Notes: generated by a model not told the origin, from the letters alone. Numbered from the stretch's first letter, positions 26,812 through 42,424 are shown. The stretch: DNA of 64,000 nucleotides from Candidatus Dormiibacterota bacterium (GCA_963718525.1 OY970355.1:1024001-1088000); one strand, 5' to 3'. A program made the numbers and translations.

Positions 26812-27786
26812 ATGCCAACGACCTTCAAGGACTATTACCAGATCCTGGGCGTTCCGCGGACTGCGACGCAGAAGGAGATCCGCAGCGCTTTCCGCAAGCT
26901 CGCCCGCAAGCACCACCCTGACGTCAACCAGGGTGACAAGGCGGCCGAGGACAAGTTCAAGGAGATCAACGAGGCCAACGAGGTCCTTGGCGATCCCGAG
27001 AAGCGGAAGAAGTACGACGAACTCGGCCCTCGCTGGCAGGAGTACGAGCAGTGGGAGCGCGCAGGCCGCCCCGGGCCAAACCCATTCGAGGGTGGCAACG
27101 AGCATTTCCAGTATCAGACGGTGTCCCCGGACGACCTGGAGGGCATGTTCGGGAACAGCGCGCCGTTCAGCGACTTCTTCCAGCAGTTCTTCGGTGGCGG
27201 GGGCGCAGGTGCGACAGATGGGTTCAGCACGACGCGCACGCGACGGCGAACCGTTGCTCGGCGCGGCCAGGACGTCGAGGGCGATGCCGAGATCAGCCTC
27301 GAGGACGCGTTTCATGGTTCGACGCTGACCGTCGACATGAGCTCGGCTGACGGCCCGCGCAAGGTCGAGGTGAGGATCCCACCCGGGATCCACGACGGTG
27401 CCCGGGTGCGGGCCGGCGGTCAGGGGAGTGCCGGCCGAGGTGGCGGACCTCGGGGCGACCTGTTCATCCGCGTCCACATCCGGCCACATCCCGTCTTCAA
27501 ACGCTCCGGCGACGACCTCCTCGTGACCGTGCCCACGCCGCTGGCAACCGCCATCGCGGGCGGCACCGTTGCGGTGCCGACGCTTCGCGGGACCACCGCT
27601 CAGCTGTCGATCCCGGCCGGCACCCAGAACGCTGCTCGCCTCCGCCTCCGAGGACTCGGCATGCCCCATCTCAAGGGAGACGGCGCCGGTGACCTGATCG
27701 CGACCGTCGACGTGCGTCTGCCCCGTCCGACGCCCGAGCCGCTGCTCGCGTGGGCGACGTCAGAGGTAGAGCAGCAGAGCCCCTGA
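26812..27786 (+). CDS. DnaJ-class co-chaperone without zinc finger (CbpA-like)
   Basis: KDYYQILGV, HHPD, G/F region and DnaJ_C (GDLFIRV, LRLRGLG). Confidence 0.92.
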   Translation: MPTTFKDYYQILGVPRTATQKEIRSAFRKLARKHHPDVNQGDKAAEDKFKEINEANEVLGDPEKRKKYDELGPRWQEYEQWERAGRPGPNPFEGGNEHFQYQTVSPDDLEGMFGNSAPFSDFFQQFFGGGGAGATDGFSTTRTRRRTVARRGQDVEGDAEISLEDAFHGSTLTVDMSSADGPRKVEVRIPPGIHDGARVRAGGQGSAGRGGGPRGDLFIRVHIRPHPVFKRSGDDLLVTVPTPLATAIAGGTVAVPTLRGTTAQLSIPAGTQNAARLRLRGLGMPHLKGDGAGDLIATVDVRLPRPTPEPLLAWATSEVEQQSP

Positions 27787-27793
27787 CGCACGG

Positions 27794-29452
27794 TCAGGAA
27801 ACGGTGAGGCGGTGCTCGCGCGTCAGCCGGCGGATCGTGCAGACGTCGCCTTCGCACGTTGAGGCGATCACGTCCACGGTGAGCATGCCGCTCCCGGGCT
27901 TCCCCAGGTGAACGTCGACGCTGACCGGAAGAGCATCCAGGGCCCACGATCGCGGGCCTGTCCCGAGCAGCGTCTGGGGGTCGGCGCTCAAGGTGAGGTG
28001 GACCGGCGTTCCCTGCTGCAGGTCGAGCTCTGAGCCCGCGAGGTCGACGTCCGCCGCCACGACGAGCGCGGTACCGGACAATCCTTCCAGCGCTGGTCCT
28101 TGGGCCTGATCCGGAGCACGGGCGTCCCGAATCGCGATCTCGGCGACGGCACCGGTCTCAGCATCGACGGTGATCACGCGATGGTGGTTGGTGTCGGCCA
28201 TCACGAGCCGGCCGTCAGCGAGGCCGTCAAGGCCGCCGGGCTCGTCCACCGCCTCACTCAGGGGCAGAGTCCGGAGTGCGCCGCTCGACCAGATCCGGAG
28301 CAGCGAGTTGAAGGTGTCCGCCACCGCGATCCGTCCGCCTGCGAGCGCCGCCACCCCGAGTGGATGCTGCAACCGTGCCGTGCTTCGATCGCCGTCCTCG
28401 GCTCCCCAGTCGAAGAGACCGGTGCCAACCAGTGTCTCGACCCGGCCGTCGCGGATGAGGCGAAGCGCCGACACTTCGGAGTCGGCAAACGCGATGGCGC
28501 CATCGTCGAGCAAGGTCAGGCCACTCGGCTGGGCCAGGTGAGCCTGCAGCGCAGGTCCATCCCGAAGTCCCTCGGCCCGGCTTCCAGCGACCGTCTCAGG
28601 TGCTCCGCCCTCGCTCGGGACCGCGATGATGCGATGGAGGCCGGCCTCGGCCACGGCGATCCTTCCATCCCCCAGGGCGAGCACGTCCCACGGGGAGCGG
28701 AGCCCGGACGCCAGGGTGCGGCGTTCGCCGTCGGGCATGGAGACGGCCACGAGGTCCCCGGCGGCCGTGTCGCACACCAGCAGGCGTTCACCGTCGAATC
28801 GGACCCCCTGCGGCTGGTGGAAGCCGCCGAACTGTTGGCGCACGGTGCCGTCGAGAGCGCAGACGAGGACTCGATCGTTGCCGGTGTCGGCGATCGCGAG
28901 ACTGCCGGAGCCGTCTGAGGCCACCTTGCCGGGGAACGAGAGGGTGGTCCGATCTCGCAACGCAACCGGCGTGAACGCAGGTCCCGCTGCGAGATCGTCG
29001 CGGCTATCGAGCAGCTGGGCGACGACGCGTTCGAGCGCCGGCCCATGGCCCTCGCCTGAGGCCATGGCGACCACGTACCCGTCGGGGTCGATCACGACCA
29101 GGGTCGGCCACGCGCGAACCCCATACTGCTGCCAGGTCTCCAGGTCGGGATCGTCCAGCACCGGATGCGGGATGCGATGCCGGGCGACCGCTCGTGCGAC
29201 CGCGGCATGGTCGGCCTCGTGCGGAAACTTCGGAGAGTGCACCCCGATCACCACGAGACTGCTCCCGAAGCGCTGCTCGAGCGGCCGAAGCTCCTCGATC
29301 ACGCGAAGGCAGTTGATGCAGCAGAACGTCCAGAAGTCGAGCACGACGACACGTCCGCGGAGGTCACGCAGAGCAAGTGGATGCTCCGTGTTGATCCACC
29401 CGCCGGCGCCTCGGAGCTCGGGTGCACGAACCCGTCCGACTGTGGTGGTCAT
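27794..29452 (-). CDS. Thioredoxin-like domain + NHL repeat protein
   Basis: DFWTFCCINC, HSPKF and NHL repeats (LQHPLGV, IAVADTFN). Confidence 0.9.
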   Translation of the reverse strand: MTTTVGRVRAPELRGAGGWINTEHPLALRDLRGRVVVLDFWTFCCINCLRVIEELRPLEQRFGSSLVVIGVHSPKFPHEADHAAVARAVARHRIPHPVLDDPDLETWQQYGVRAWPTLVVIDPDGYVVAMASGEGHGPALERVVAQLLDSRDDLAAGPAFTPVALRDRTTLSFPGKVASDGSGSLAIADTGNDRVLVCALDGTVRQQFGGFHQPQGVRFDGERLLVCDTAAGDLVAVSMPDGERRTLASGLRSPWDVLALGDGRIAVAEAGLHRIIAVPSEGGAPETVAGSRAEGLRDGPALQAHLAQPSGLTLLDDGAIAFADSEVSALRLIRDGRVETLVGTGLFDWGAEDGDRSTARLQHPLGVAALAGGRIAVADTFNSLLRIWSSGALRTLPLSEAVDEPGGLDGLADGRLVMADTNHHRVITVDAETGAVAEIAIRDARAPDQAQGPALEGLSGTALVVAADVDLAGSELDLQQGTPVHLTLSADPQTLLGTGPRSWALDALPVSVDVHLGKPGSGMLTVDVIASTCEGDVCTIRRLTREHRLTVS

Positions 29453-29625
29453 CTCGCGTCCATCATCTCGCGGCGCGGTGTCGAAGGGCCACCGCTGGAG
29501 GCGGGTATCTTGAGAGCCTTGATATAATGCATGCAGAGGTAGGTTGGTGCACCGGCCAATGGCGCTGGGGAGGTGCTGACGGTCGTCGACACTTTATTTG
29601 AAACTCTCCCTATCCCTTCCTGACC

Positions 29626-29653
29626 GGCAGGGGGTGGCCCTCCGCCCCCTGCC
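29626..29653. terminator. GC-rich hairpin downstream of purA
   Basis: GGCAGGGGGTGG-CCCT-CCGCCCCCTGCC. Confidence 0.55.
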
Positions 29654-29687
29654 ACTACTCCTGACAGCGAAGCAGGCTGGCGGGCTG

Positions 29688-31272
<1,585 letters not shown>

Positions 31273-31338
31273 CCTCAGCCGGCCCGGCCGCGGTCTCCGG
31301 GGTTGATGCTGCCGTGCCATCGCTACGATGTCCCGGCA

Positions 31339-31815
31339 ATGCCAACGTCGGATCCGGGGACGGCCGACTGCATCTTCTGTGCCATCGTCCGCGGCGAGGC
31401 GCCCGCGACCTTTGTTCATGAGGACGATCTGGTCGTGGCGTTCATGGACATCCGGCCGGTGCAGCCCGGGCACCTGCTGGTCGTTCCGAGAGCGCACGCA
31501 GCGCTGCTCCCTGAGCTCGACAATCGCGTGCTCGAACGGCTCTGGTCGGTCGCGATCGCTCTCGACGCCGCGCTGAGAAAGAGCGCTCTCCCCGTTGAAG
31601 CGGTGAGCGTCTACGTCGCGGACGGGGAGGCGGCTGGTCAGGAGGTGGCACACGTCCACATCCATCTCATCCCGAGGCGCGCTCACGATGGATTTGGATT
31701 TCGTTTCCCGCCTGGCTATGGCAGGCAGCCGGAGCGCGCCGAGCTCGAGACGATCGCCGAGCGAATCAGACCCCTGGTCGCGGTGCTGAAGATCCTGGAA
31801 CTCAGTGGCGACTGA
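31339..31815 (+). CDS. HIT-family nucleotide hydrolase
   Basis: CIFCAI, GHLLVVP and AGQEVAHVHIHLIPR. Confidence 0.93.
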   Translation: MPTSDPGTADCIFCAIVRGEAPATFVHEDDLVVAFMDIRPVQPGHLLVVPRAHAALLPELDNRVLERLWSVAIALDAALRKSALPVEAVSVYVADGEAAGQEVAHVHIHLIPRRAHDGFGFRFPPGYGRQPERAELETIAERIRPLVAVLKILELSGD

Positions 31816-32692
31816 GGCGCTCGGCGCCCGCCTGCATCGCTATCGCGCCGCACCGTGGTGGCCCACGGCGACAGTGCTCGTCATCGGTGAGCTGGGGCTG
31901 GGCGCGGCGCTGCTGATTCCGATCACCTTCAGCGACCCGAACGGCGTCGACCCATACCTCGCCCGCCTGAGCGTCGCGTCGGTGCTCATCACGCTGCCGT
32001 CGCTGTTCGTCCGGCGTCTCGAGCCCGCACGGCCGATTCTGCTTGCCCTGGCAGCGGTCGCCGCCACGTACACGCTCCTCGCCGCAGGCCCGCAGATCCT
32101 GTTCGACCTGCTCGGCACGCACTCCGGCAGCTTCGACGCCCAGGTGTTCTGGGCCTCGTTCGCGCAGGCCGCGGGCACGCTGCTCATCGCACTCGCCGCG
32201 CTCAGGCTCGTGGCCCCGGAATGGCGCCCATCGCTGCGCTTGAGGCACCTCAGCCTGCGCGGCCTTGCCACCGGCGTGCTCGGCTCAGCGCTGCTCATCG
32301 GCATCGGCCTGGCATTGCCGGCGAATCTGCTCGGGCGTGTGGCGTTGCAGCCGGTCGCGTTCGGGCGCGACCTGCCATGGCTCGGTCCGGCGAACGCGCT
32401 GCAGGCGTTCTCGCAGGAGGTGCAGTTTCGCGGGCTCCTGCTCGGCGCACTCGAGCGCACCATGAGCCCGCGGTGGGCAAACGTCAGCCAGGCCGCCGTG
32501 TTCGGGCTTGCCCACCTGGCGATCAGCTACGGCGGTCCGGAGGCGCCGTTCGTCCCGATCACGTTCCTCGTGGGGCTCGCGTTCGGCTGGCTCGTGCGAC
32601 GCACCAACTCGCTCTGGCCCGCGGTGATCCTCCATGCGGTTGCCGACATCGCTCTGCAATTCGGCATCGTCCAGGGGCTGTATGGGCTCTGA
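31805..32692 (+). CDS. CPBP (CAAX/Abi-family) intramembrane protease-like protein
   Basis: QEVQFRG (the first Glu of EE is Gln), FGLAH and ILHAVAD; many TM helices. Confidence 0.82.
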   Translation: MATEALGARLHRYRAAPWWPTATVLVIGELGLGAALLIPITFSDPNGVDPYLARLSVASVLITLPSLFVRRLEPARPILLALAAVAATYTLLAAGPQILFDLLGTHSGSFDAQVFWASFAQAAGTLLIALAALRLVAPEWRPSLRLRHLSLRGLATGVLGSALLIGIGLALPANLLGRVALQPVAFGRDLPWLGPANALQAFSQEVQFRGLLLGALERTMSPRWANVSQAAVFGLAHLAISYGGPEAPFVPITFLVGLAFGWLVRRTNSLWPAVILHAVADIALQFGIVQGLYGL

Positions 32693-32711
32693 TCGCCGCG
32701 GGCGCGCACTC

Positions 32712-33566
32712 ATGCTCACCGCGTCGATGTGCGTGGCGGTCACATGCCTCCTCGCCGCCGGCGCATCCGCGCGCGCGGCCGACCCGTGGTGGGCCCCGCT
32801 GTCGCTGCGCGGCTTGGCCATCACTCGCGTTTCTGCCATAGGCGACAGGATCACCGTGCGCACCAGTGCCGGCGCGACGCTGCTTTCATCCGACGGCGGC
32901 AGGACCTTCGCCCCCGCGCCGGCCGGCACCACGCTGCCGCCCACCGGCGTGACCGCCGTGGGGACACAGCGCTGGGAAGTCGACCCAGCCGGGCGAGTGC
33001 TGCACCAGGGCGGCTCGTCACAGGGAGCCGCAACCGTGGATCCGGGATCGCCGGATCTCGGCCGCGGCGCCCATCTCATCGCGGCCCCCGCGGCGCTGCC
33101 GGGAACCGTGATCGCAGTGAGCACGGACGGCACCGTGTGGCGGCGCGGCCAGGATGGCGACTGGAAGGAGGCGTTGCTGCTGCTCCCGGCAAGCCTGATA
33201 CAGGGGATCCCACGTGTCACCTCGGTGACGGCATTCATGGCACCGCTCAGCGACGCCGTCTACCTCAGCACCGACGGCTACGCCGTGCTGATCACCACCG
33301 ACGGTGGCGACGACTGGATCCGTGCCGGCCCCGGGCTTCCCGACTCCGTGTACTCGCTCTCGGCCAACTCCGCGCGCAGCGCGGTCTACGCAGGGACGTC
33401 CGACGGGCTCTGGGAACACGTGCTCCAGGCACTGCCGGCACCACCTGCCTACCAGGACGCGGCTCTGGTCTGGCGGTGGATCGGGATCGGTGTGGTCACG
33501 CTGGTCGCCGCATTCGCAGCGCTGCTTGGCATGGCCCGGCTGGCACCACGTCGCGGCGGCGCCTGA
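32712..33566 (+). CDS. Secreted BNR-repeat protein with C-terminal TM
   Basis: Signal peptide, SSDGGRTF, TTDGGDDW and C-terminal hydrophobic helix. Confidence 0.7.
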   Translation: MLTASMCVAVTCLLAAGASARAADPWWAPLSLRGLAITRVSAIGDRITVRTSAGATLLSSDGGRTFAPAPAGTTLPPTGVTAVGTQRWEVDPAGRVLHQGGSSQGAATVDPGSPDLGRGAHLIAAPAALPGTVIAVSTDGTVWRRGQDGDWKEALLLLPASLIQGIPRVTSVTAFMAPLSDAVYLSTDGYAVLITTDGGDDWIRAGPGLPDSVYSLSANSARSAVYAGTSDGLWEHVLQALPAPPAYQDAALVWRWIGIGVVTLVAAFAALLGMARLAPRRGGA

Positions 33567-33606
33567 CCCGGCGCGCGGCCGGTGCCGCTTCGGCTAGCGT
33601 GATCTG

Positions 33607-35642
<2,036 letters not shown>

Positions 35643-35652
<10 letters not shown>

Positions 35653-37100
35653 CCGCAGCCGGACGGCGTGGTCATCGCTTCCAGCGGTGGAAGAAAGTCG
35701 AAGACCGGGAGGTGTCGCCGGTCGTCGACGGGCAGGTAATCGCCGGTGCTCGGATTCTCGACGTACGTGAGGCGGGGACCCCGGGTGGTGATCTCGCGCA
35801 GGGCCGAGACGAAACGATCGATGTGCTCCACGGTGGTACCGATGCCGAACGACGCGCGGATCGCGCCGGGAATCTCGTGGTGCTCGCCGCGGCGGAGCCG
35901 TTCCCGAATCGTGTGCGCGTCGCCGATGCTCACCCCGAGAAGGTGGGTGATGTACGGATGCGCGCAGAAACATCCGTGGCGCACGCCGATGGCGTGCTCG
36001 GCACTGAGCACCGATGCGACCAGCGCATGGTGCATGCCGTCGACGGTGAACGTGCTCACCCCGAGCCGATCGATATCCGGTCCATCCCAGAGCCGCAAAC
36101 GGTGCAACTTGGGAAGGTCGTCGATCTGTTCGTCGAGATATGCGAGCAGGCGCTTTTCGTGGGCGCCGATATGGGCCATGCCGGTGCGCTCGAGGGCGGT
36201 GCTGGCGGCCCCCAGCGCGATGGCGCCGATGACGTTCGGGCTTCCTGCCTCATGACGGTCCGGCAGCGCCGCCCACTGCACATCGTCGGCGGTGACGTAC
36301 GTGACCGCGCCGCCGCCGGCGAGCATCGGCTCGGCGTCGGCGAGCACGGCCGACGGGCCGATCAGCGCGCCGCCGCCGAACGGCGCATACATCTTGTGTC
36401 CCGAGAGCGCGAGGAAATCGACGCCCATGGCGACCATGTCGATGGTTCGGTGCGGCGCGAGCTGCGCTGCGTCGACGGCGAGCAGCGCCCCGTGCTCGTG
36501 GGCGAGCATGCCGATCTCCGCGATGGGAAAGACCTCGCCGGTGACGTTGCTCGCGCCGGTGATGGCCACGATCCCGATGGGCCGGTGGCGATCCTCGAGA
36601 GCGCGGCGCAGCTCCGTCAGCAGCTGCTCGGGGGACTCCGGTGCGTCGAGCATCTCGACGCGCGCCAGTCGCCTCCAGGGCAGCATGTTGGCGTGGTGCT
36701 CGACGATCGTGCTGAGCACCGCGTGGCCCGGGCGGAGCACGAGACAGTGGGTCAGCAGGTTGATGGCCTCCGTCGTGTTTCTGACGAAGATGACTGCATC
36801 GGTCGACCGCGCGCCGGTGAAGGCCGCCACCGCCGACCGCGCCGCCTCGTACGCCCGAGTCGACACCTGTGATGCAAACCCCGCCCCGCGATGCACGCTC
36901 GAGTACCACGGAAGGAACTCGATCACCGCATCCGCCACGGCCTCCATCGCCGGCGTGCTCGCCGCCATGTCGAGGTTGACGTAGCTGCGCGTCTCGCCGC
37001 TCGCGAGTTGCACCTCGAGATCCTGGCCCACCAGGCGGGGAAGCAGGACTCCCGAGGCGCGGCGGCCGGGCCGGCTGCGGCGGGACAACTCCGTGAGCAT
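35643..37100 (-). CDS. PLP-dependent aminotransferase class V (cysteine desulfurase-like)
   Basis: [19 protein letters not shown] and RHGCFCAHP; start overlaps the hutI stop. Confidence 0.9.
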
Positions 37101-38320
37101 CAGGTCTTCGAGGGTACTGCCAAGCGGCCCTGGAGCATCACGTTCGCAACAATGTCGCCACCGAGGTGATAGCCGATGTCGATCCAGCTCGGGGTGTCGA
37201 GGATCACTGCGTCGGCACGCAGGCCAGCACGGAGAATGCCTCGGTCCGCCAACCCGAGCGCGGCGGCGCCACCGGCCGTGGCGGCGACCAGGGCCTGGGC
37301 CGGAGTGAGGCCGCCGAGCGCGACCGCGAGCGAGATCATGAGGGGCATCGATTCGCTGAAGCAGGTTCCCGGGTTGCAATCGGTCGCAACCGCCACGGTG
37401 CAGCCCGCCTCGAGAAGCCGGCGGCCGGGCGGCGGGGGACCGCCGAGGACCAGCGAGGCGCCGGGCAGGATCACGCCGACCACCCCTGCGGCGCTGAGGG
37501 CCTCGAGGTCGGTGTTGAGCGCATGTTCGAGGTGGTCCGCGCTCACCGCGCCGGCCTGCGCCGCGAGCACGGCGCCGCCGCTGTGTGAGCGCTGTTCGGT
37601 GTGGATCTTCGGACGCAATCCGTGTGCGCGCGCTGCGGTGAAGACGCGCTCACATTCGGTGACGGTGTATGCGCCGGCGTCGCAGAAGGCGTCCACGAAT
37701 GTGGCGCGCTTGGCGGCGCCGGCCACGCCACGCGTGCAGACGTCGTCGATGAAGTCATCGCGTGGTCCGTCCGGGACCGCGTGGAGCGGAAGGTAGGTCG
37801 CGACCACGTCGGGCAGATCCACCCACTGACGGAGGAGTTCCGCCGCGTCCAGCTGGCGCATCTCCGCGTCGTACTCGAGCCCGTAGCCGCTCTTCACCTC
37901 GATGGTGGTCGTGCCGTGGTCGAGCATCCGTCGCGCTCGTTCTCGCGCCGTGGTCGTGAGCTCCTCGACGCTTCCGGCAGCGGTGGCGCGGACGGTTGCC
38001 CGGATGCCGCCACCCGAAGCCGCGATCTCCTCGTAGGTTGCGCCGGCGCTACGCCGGGCGTACTCGTCGCCGCGATCACCCAGCCAGACGATGTGTGTGT
38101 GCGAGTCGACGAACCCGGGAACAACCGCGGCGCCGCGAGCATGGATCTCGAGCGCTTCACGGGGAACATCGGATCGATCGAGCCCGGACTCCGGACCTGC
38201 ATATTCGATGATGCCGTCGCGCGCGACCAGCGCCGCGTCGCGTACCACGCCGGGAGCATCGCCCAGCAGCGGATCGCACGTGCAGAGCGCGCCGATGCCG
38301 TGGACGACGACGGCACTCAT
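37100..38320 (-). CDS. hutI: Imidazolonepropionase
   Basis: PGFVDSHTH, GTTTIEVKSGYGL, SADHLE and ATDCNPGT. Confidence 0.93.
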   Translation of the reverse strand: MSAVVVHGIGALCTCDPLLGDAPGVVRDAALVARDGIIEYAGPESGLDRSDVPREALEIHARGAAVVPGFVDSHTHIVWLGDRGDEYARRSAGATYEEIAASGGGIRATVRATAAGSVEELTTTARERARRMLDHGTTTIEVKSGYGLEYDAEMRQLDAAELLRQWVDLPDVVATYLPLHAVPDGPRDDFIDDVCTRGVAGAAKRATFVDAFCDAGAYTVTECERVFTAARAHGLRPKIHTEQRSHSGGAVLAAQAGAVSADHLEHALNTDLEALSAAGVVGVILPGASLVLGGPPPPGRRLLEAGCTVAVATDCNPGTCFSESMPLMISLAVALGGLTPAQALVAATAGGAAALGLADRGILRAGLRADAVILDTPSWIDIGYHLGGDIVANVMLQGRLAVPSKT

Positions 38321-39225
38321 ATCGCAGGACCGTCCGCCGCACGCGTGGCGATGCCGCTGCAGAAGGTGAGAAACGTGGCCGCCATCAGCCGAAGCGTGAT
38401 GCCGTTCACGTCCGCGTTCGCGTCCACCTCGCAGAGGTCGGCGCCGACCACGTGCGGGTCGGCGCCGAGCAGGAATGCGGCTTCGAGCAGATCCCCGGGT
38501 TGCAGGCCGCCGGGAAGGCTCGCGGGGCACGCGGGCGCGAAACCACGGTCGACGACGTCGATGTCGAAATCGACATGGATGTGCGTGACTCCGCGCGCCA
38601 CGAGCAGCGACAGCGCTGATGCGATGACCGTCACCATCCCATCCCGTCGCACGACATCGAGCGGAACAATGTGGATCCCCTGCGCGCGCGCCCACTCGGC
38701 GTGCTCCCGCGCATTGCCAAGCGGGTGGATGCCGATCTGCACGACCCGGTCGCCCGGAAGTCCGGCCTCGATCAGCTCGCGCACCGGGGTTCCGTTGCTC
38801 GACCCGTCCATCGCCGGACGGCAGTCGTGGTGCGCATCGAGAGTCAGCAGCGCCCAGGCTCCCGGCCTGGCGTTCATGAGGCCCTGGAGCAGCGGACGCG
38901 TGAGTGAATTGTCGCCACCCACGACGACCACGTGTTCCGCGGTGGTCGCGGCGTCAGCGGCGGCCGCCTGAATGCGTGCGTGCGCCGCGCACGCGTCGGC
39001 ATCGTCGACGTCGCCCTGGACGTCGCCGAGATCGCGCACGTGAAGCCCGGTGATATCGACGGCGTGCTCCGCGTCCCAGGTCGGAAACCGGCGCAGCGCA
39101 TCGCGAAATGCCGGCGGAGTCGACCATGACTCCACCAGCGTGATCGAGGCCTTGGAGATCGGCGCGCCGAGGAGCACGACATCCGGCGCCGCCGAGTCCT
39201 CCGCCAGCCACTCACGAGCGTTCAC
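38317..39225 (-). CDS. hutG: Formimidoylglutamase (arginase/agmatinase family)
   Basis: GGDNS, DAHHD, NGTP and DFDIDV; located in the hut operon. Confidence 0.85.
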   Translation of the reverse strand: MNAREWLAEDSAAPDVVLLGAPISKASITLVESWSTPPAFRDALRRFPTWDAEHAVDITGLHVRDLGDVQGDVDDADACAAHARIQAAAADAATTAEHVVVVGGDNSLTRPLLQGLMNARPGAWALLTLDAHHDCRPAMDGSSNGTPVRELIEAGLPGDRVVQIGIHPLGNAREHAEWARAQGIHIVPLDVVRRDGMVTVIASALSLLVARGVTHIHVDFDIDVVDRGFAPACPASLPGGLQPGDLLEAAFLLGADPHVVGADLCEVDANADVNGITLRLMAATFLTFCSGIATRAADGPAI

Positions 39226-40901
39226 GGATCGATTGCAGAGGCGCTGTCGAGCATGGGAACGCGCACGCCACGGGCCTGCGCCGCGTCCCGAGCTTCGGGA
39301 TATCCCGCATCTGCGTGGCGCATCACGCCCGTCGCCGGATCATTGGTGAGCACCAGCTCGCAACGTCGTGCCGACAGCTCGGTGCCGTCAGCGCACACCT
39401 GCGCGCCGGCGTGAATCGACAGGCCCATGCCGACGCCGCCCCCATGGTGCACCGCGACCCAGGTAGCGCCGCTCGCGGTGTTGAGCAGGGCATTGAGCAC
39501 CGGCCAGTCTGCGATCGCGTCACTGCCGTCGCGCATGGCCTCGGTCTCCCGCAGCGGTGACGCGACCGAGCCGCTGTCGAGATGGTCGCGGCCGATCACC
39601 ACCGGTGCCGACAGCTCGCCAGTGCGCACCATCTCGTTGAAACGAAGCCCGGCGAGATGTCGCTCGCCGGCCCCCAGCCAGCAGATCCGCGCGGGCAATC
39701 CCTGGAAGTGCACGCGCTCCTGCGCGAGGGTCAACCAGCGATGCAGTTCGTCGTGATCCGGGAAGAGCTCGAGCATCGCCGCGTCGGTGCGCGCGATGTC
39801 GGCGGGATCTCCGCTCAAGGCCACCCACCGGAACGGTCCGCGGCCCTCGCAGAACTGATCCCGGATGTACGCTGGGACGAACCCCGGGTACGCGAACGCA
39901 TCCGCGAACCCCCCGAGCCGCGCCTGGTCACGCAGCGAGTTGCCGTAGTCGAACACCTCGGCGCCGCGGCGCTGATACTCGACCATCGCCTCGCAGTGAC
40001 GCGCCATCGATTCACGGGAGCGGCGCATGTATGCCTCGGGATCGGCCGCGCGCAGTGTCGCCGCGTCGTCGAGGGTGAGCCCGGCGGGGATGTAGCCGTT
40101 CAACGGGTCGTGGGCACTGGTCTGGTCGGTGACGACGTCGATCGCCAATGACGATTCGAGCAGCGCAGGGAGCGCCTCCGCCGCATTCGCGCAGACCGCC
40201 ACCGAGAGTGCTCGACCCTCTTCGCGCGCGACATCGCAGCGCCGGACGGCAGCGTCCAGTGTGGTCGCGAGCTCATCGACGTAGCCGGTGTCGAGCCTGC
40301 GCTGGATGCGCGCGGGGTCGACGTCGATGCAGAGCGCGACCCCGCCGCTCATGGTGACCGCGAGCGGTTGCGCACCGCCCATGCCACCGAGCCCCGAGGT
40401 CACCACCAGCCTGCCCTTCAGGCTGCCGCCGAAACGCTTGCGGGCCACCGCCTGAAACGTCTCGAACGTTCCCTGCAGGATGCCCTGGGTGCCGATGTAG
40501 ATCCATGAGCCGGCGGTCATCTGTCCGTACATCGTCAGCCCCATGCCCTCCAGGCGCCAGAACTCCTCCCAGGTCGCCCAGCGGGGGACCAGCAGCGAGT
40601 TGGCGATCAGGACGCGGGGTGCGAGCTCATGGGTTCGAGCCACTCCCACCGGTTTGCCGGATTGCACGAGGAGCGTCTCGTCGTCGCGCAATGACCGAAG
40701 CGTGGCCACGATGGCGTCGAAGCACTCCCACGATCGGGCTGCGCGTCCGGTGCCGCCGTACACCACCAGCCGGTCCGGATCCTCGGCGACCGCGGGGTCG
40801 AGATTGTTCATGAGACAGCGCAGTGGCGCCTCGGTCTGCCAGCTGCCACAGGTGCGCGCAGTCCCGCGAGGCGAACGAACCGGGCGAGCGCCTGCGGTCA
40901 T
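39222..40901 (-). CDS. hutU: Urocanate hydratase
   Basis: [36 protein letters not shown] and GRDHLD. Confidence 0.98.
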   Translation of the reverse strand: MTAGARPVRSPRGTARTCGSWQTEAPLRCLMNNLDPAVAEDPDRLVVYGGTGRAARSWECFDAIVATLRSLRDDETLLVQSGKPVGVARTHELAPRVLIANSLLVPRWATWEEFWRLEGMGLTMYGQMTAGSWIYIGTQGILQGTFETFQAVARKRFGGSLKGRLVVTSGLGGMGGAQPLAVTMSGGVALCIDVDPARIQRRLDTGYVDELATTLDAAVRRCDVAREEGRALSVAVCANAAEALPALLESSLAIDVVTDQTSAHDPLNGYIPAGLTLDDAATLRAADPEAYMRRSRESMARHCEAMVEYQRRGAEVFDYGNSLRDQARLGGFADAFAYPGFVPAYIRDQFCEGRGPFRWVALSGDPADIARTDAAMLELFPDHDELHRWLTLAQERVHFQGLPARICWLGAGERHLAGLRFNEMVRTGELSAPVVIGRDHLDSGSVASPLRETEAMRDGSDAIADWPVLNALLNTASGATWVAVHHGGGVGMGLSIHAGAQVCADGTELSARRCELVLTNDPATGVMRHADAGYPEARDAAQARGVRVPMLDSASAIDP

Positions 40902-42424
40902 CGCAGGGTCACCCCGGCGGTGGCGAGCGCTGCGCGCCAGACCCCGTCACGCGCCCACGCCTCAACAGCCTCGAGGTCGCCGCTGAGGACCCGGTCCTCC
41001 GCGAGCGCGGGGGTCCGGGTTCGCAGCGACGCGATGACGCTGCCGGTCGCCGCCGCCGGCCGAAGTGGATGGCGCATCTCCACCGCCTGCGAAGCGCTGA
41101 GCACCTCGACGGCGAGCACCGAGCGCAGCAGTCCGACCGAACGCCGGGTGCGCAGCGCCGCCTCGTGGCCCATCGAGACGTGGTCCTCCTGCCCGGCGCT
41201 GGTGGCGGCACTCTGCACCGCAAACGGCGTCGCCGCGTGGCGGAGCGTGGCAACCATGGCTGCGGCGGTGTACTGGGTGATCATCAAACCGCTGTTGAGC
41301 CCTGGCTCGGGGCTCAGGAATGCGGGCAGCCCCCGCGAGCGCGCGGGATCGAGGAGCCTGTCGACCCGGCGCTCGCTGATCGCGGCGACGTCTGCACACA
41401 CCGAGGCGAGCATGTCCGCCGCGTAGGCCAGCGCCTGTCCGTGGAAGTTGCCGGCACTCACCACCTCGTCGCCGAGCACCACCGGGTTATCGACAACACT
41501 GGCCAATTCATGTTCGACCGTCTGACGGCAGAAGGCGACGACGTCGCGTGCGGCGCCGTGCACCTGGGGCGCGCACCGCAGTGAGTAGGCATCCTGGACC
41601 GCGTGTCGCGATGGACGGTGCGACGCCACGATCGGGCTTGCCTCGAGCAGCGTCCGCAGGTTCGCCGCCGAGTCCGCCTGTCCCGGAGCCGGGCGAAGGG
41701 CCACCACTCGTTCGTCGTACGCGACGGCGGTCCCGAGCAGCGCCTCGACGCTGAGCGCGCACGCAATGTCGGCGATGCGCAGCAGGTCCTCGATGTCCTG
41801 CACCGCCAGCGCGAGCAGCGTGGTCATCGCGTCGGTGCCGTTGATGAGCGCGAGACCCTCCTTGGGCTCGACCACGATGGGAGCCAGTCCTCGGGCTCGA
41901 AGCGCGGTGCCCCCGTCGATGCGATCACCGCCTGGACCAGCGGCCCATCCCTGGCCGAGGAGCACCGTGGCCACCGATGCCAGCGGAGCGAGGTCTCCCG
42001 ACGCGCCCAGCGAACCGTGCTCCGGAACCCACGGAACGATGCCGGCCTCGAGCAGCGCCACCAGGGCGTCGACCAGCTCGACGCGCACGCCCGAGAGCCC
42101 CGCGGCAAGCGTGCGTGCGCGGAGCAGGATCATGCCGCGGACCACCTCGTCGTCCAGACGTGGCCCCGACCCGGCGGCATGGCTGAGCACGACCGACCGC
42201 TGGAGGAGGGCGCGATCGGCCGGAGCCACCGCCCGGTCGGCCAGCGCACCGAAACCGGTGGTGACGCCATAGACTGCGGCGCCTTCGCGGTCGAGGCGGT
42301 CGACGACGTCGCGCGCCGGCCGCATTCGCGCACGCACTCCAGGGTCGAGCGCGACAGGTTCCCGCCCGCGAGCGGCCCGCACCACGGCGTCGATGGTCAA
42401 CGCGCCGCCGTCGACAGTGATCAT
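40898..42424 (-). CDS. hutH: Histidine ammonia-lyase
   Basis: [17 protein letters not shown] motif [14 protein letters not shown] and GNFHG. Confidence 0.96.
   Translation of the reverse strand: MITVDGGALTIDAVVRAARGREPVALDPGVRARMRPARDVVDRLDREGAAVYGVTTGFGALADRAVAPADRALLQRSVVLSHAAGSGPRLDDEVVRGMILLRARTLAAGLSGVRVELVDALVALLEAGIVPWVPEHGSLGASGDLAPLASVATVLLGQGWAAGPGGDRIDGGTALRARGLAPIVVEPKEGLALINGTDAMTTLLALAVQDIEDLLRIADIACALSVEALLGTAVAYDERVVALRPAPGQADSAANLRTLLEASPIVASHRPSRHAVQDAYSLRCAPQVHGAARDVVAFCRQTVEHELASVVDNPVVLGDEVVSAGNFHGQALAYAADMLASVCADVAAISERRVDRLLDPARSRGLPAFLSPEPGLNSGLMITQYTAAAMVATLRHAATPFAVQSAATSAGQEDHVSMGHEAALRTRRSVGLLRSVLAVEVLSASQAVEMRHPLRPAAATGSVIASLRTRTPALAEDRVLSGDLEAVEAWARDGVWRAALATAGVTLR

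Noticed and set aside
31805-32692. Abi-family gene as abortive-infection defence
   Set aside because: It is a CPBP membrane protease family member in housekeeping context; the family name does not imply phage defence.
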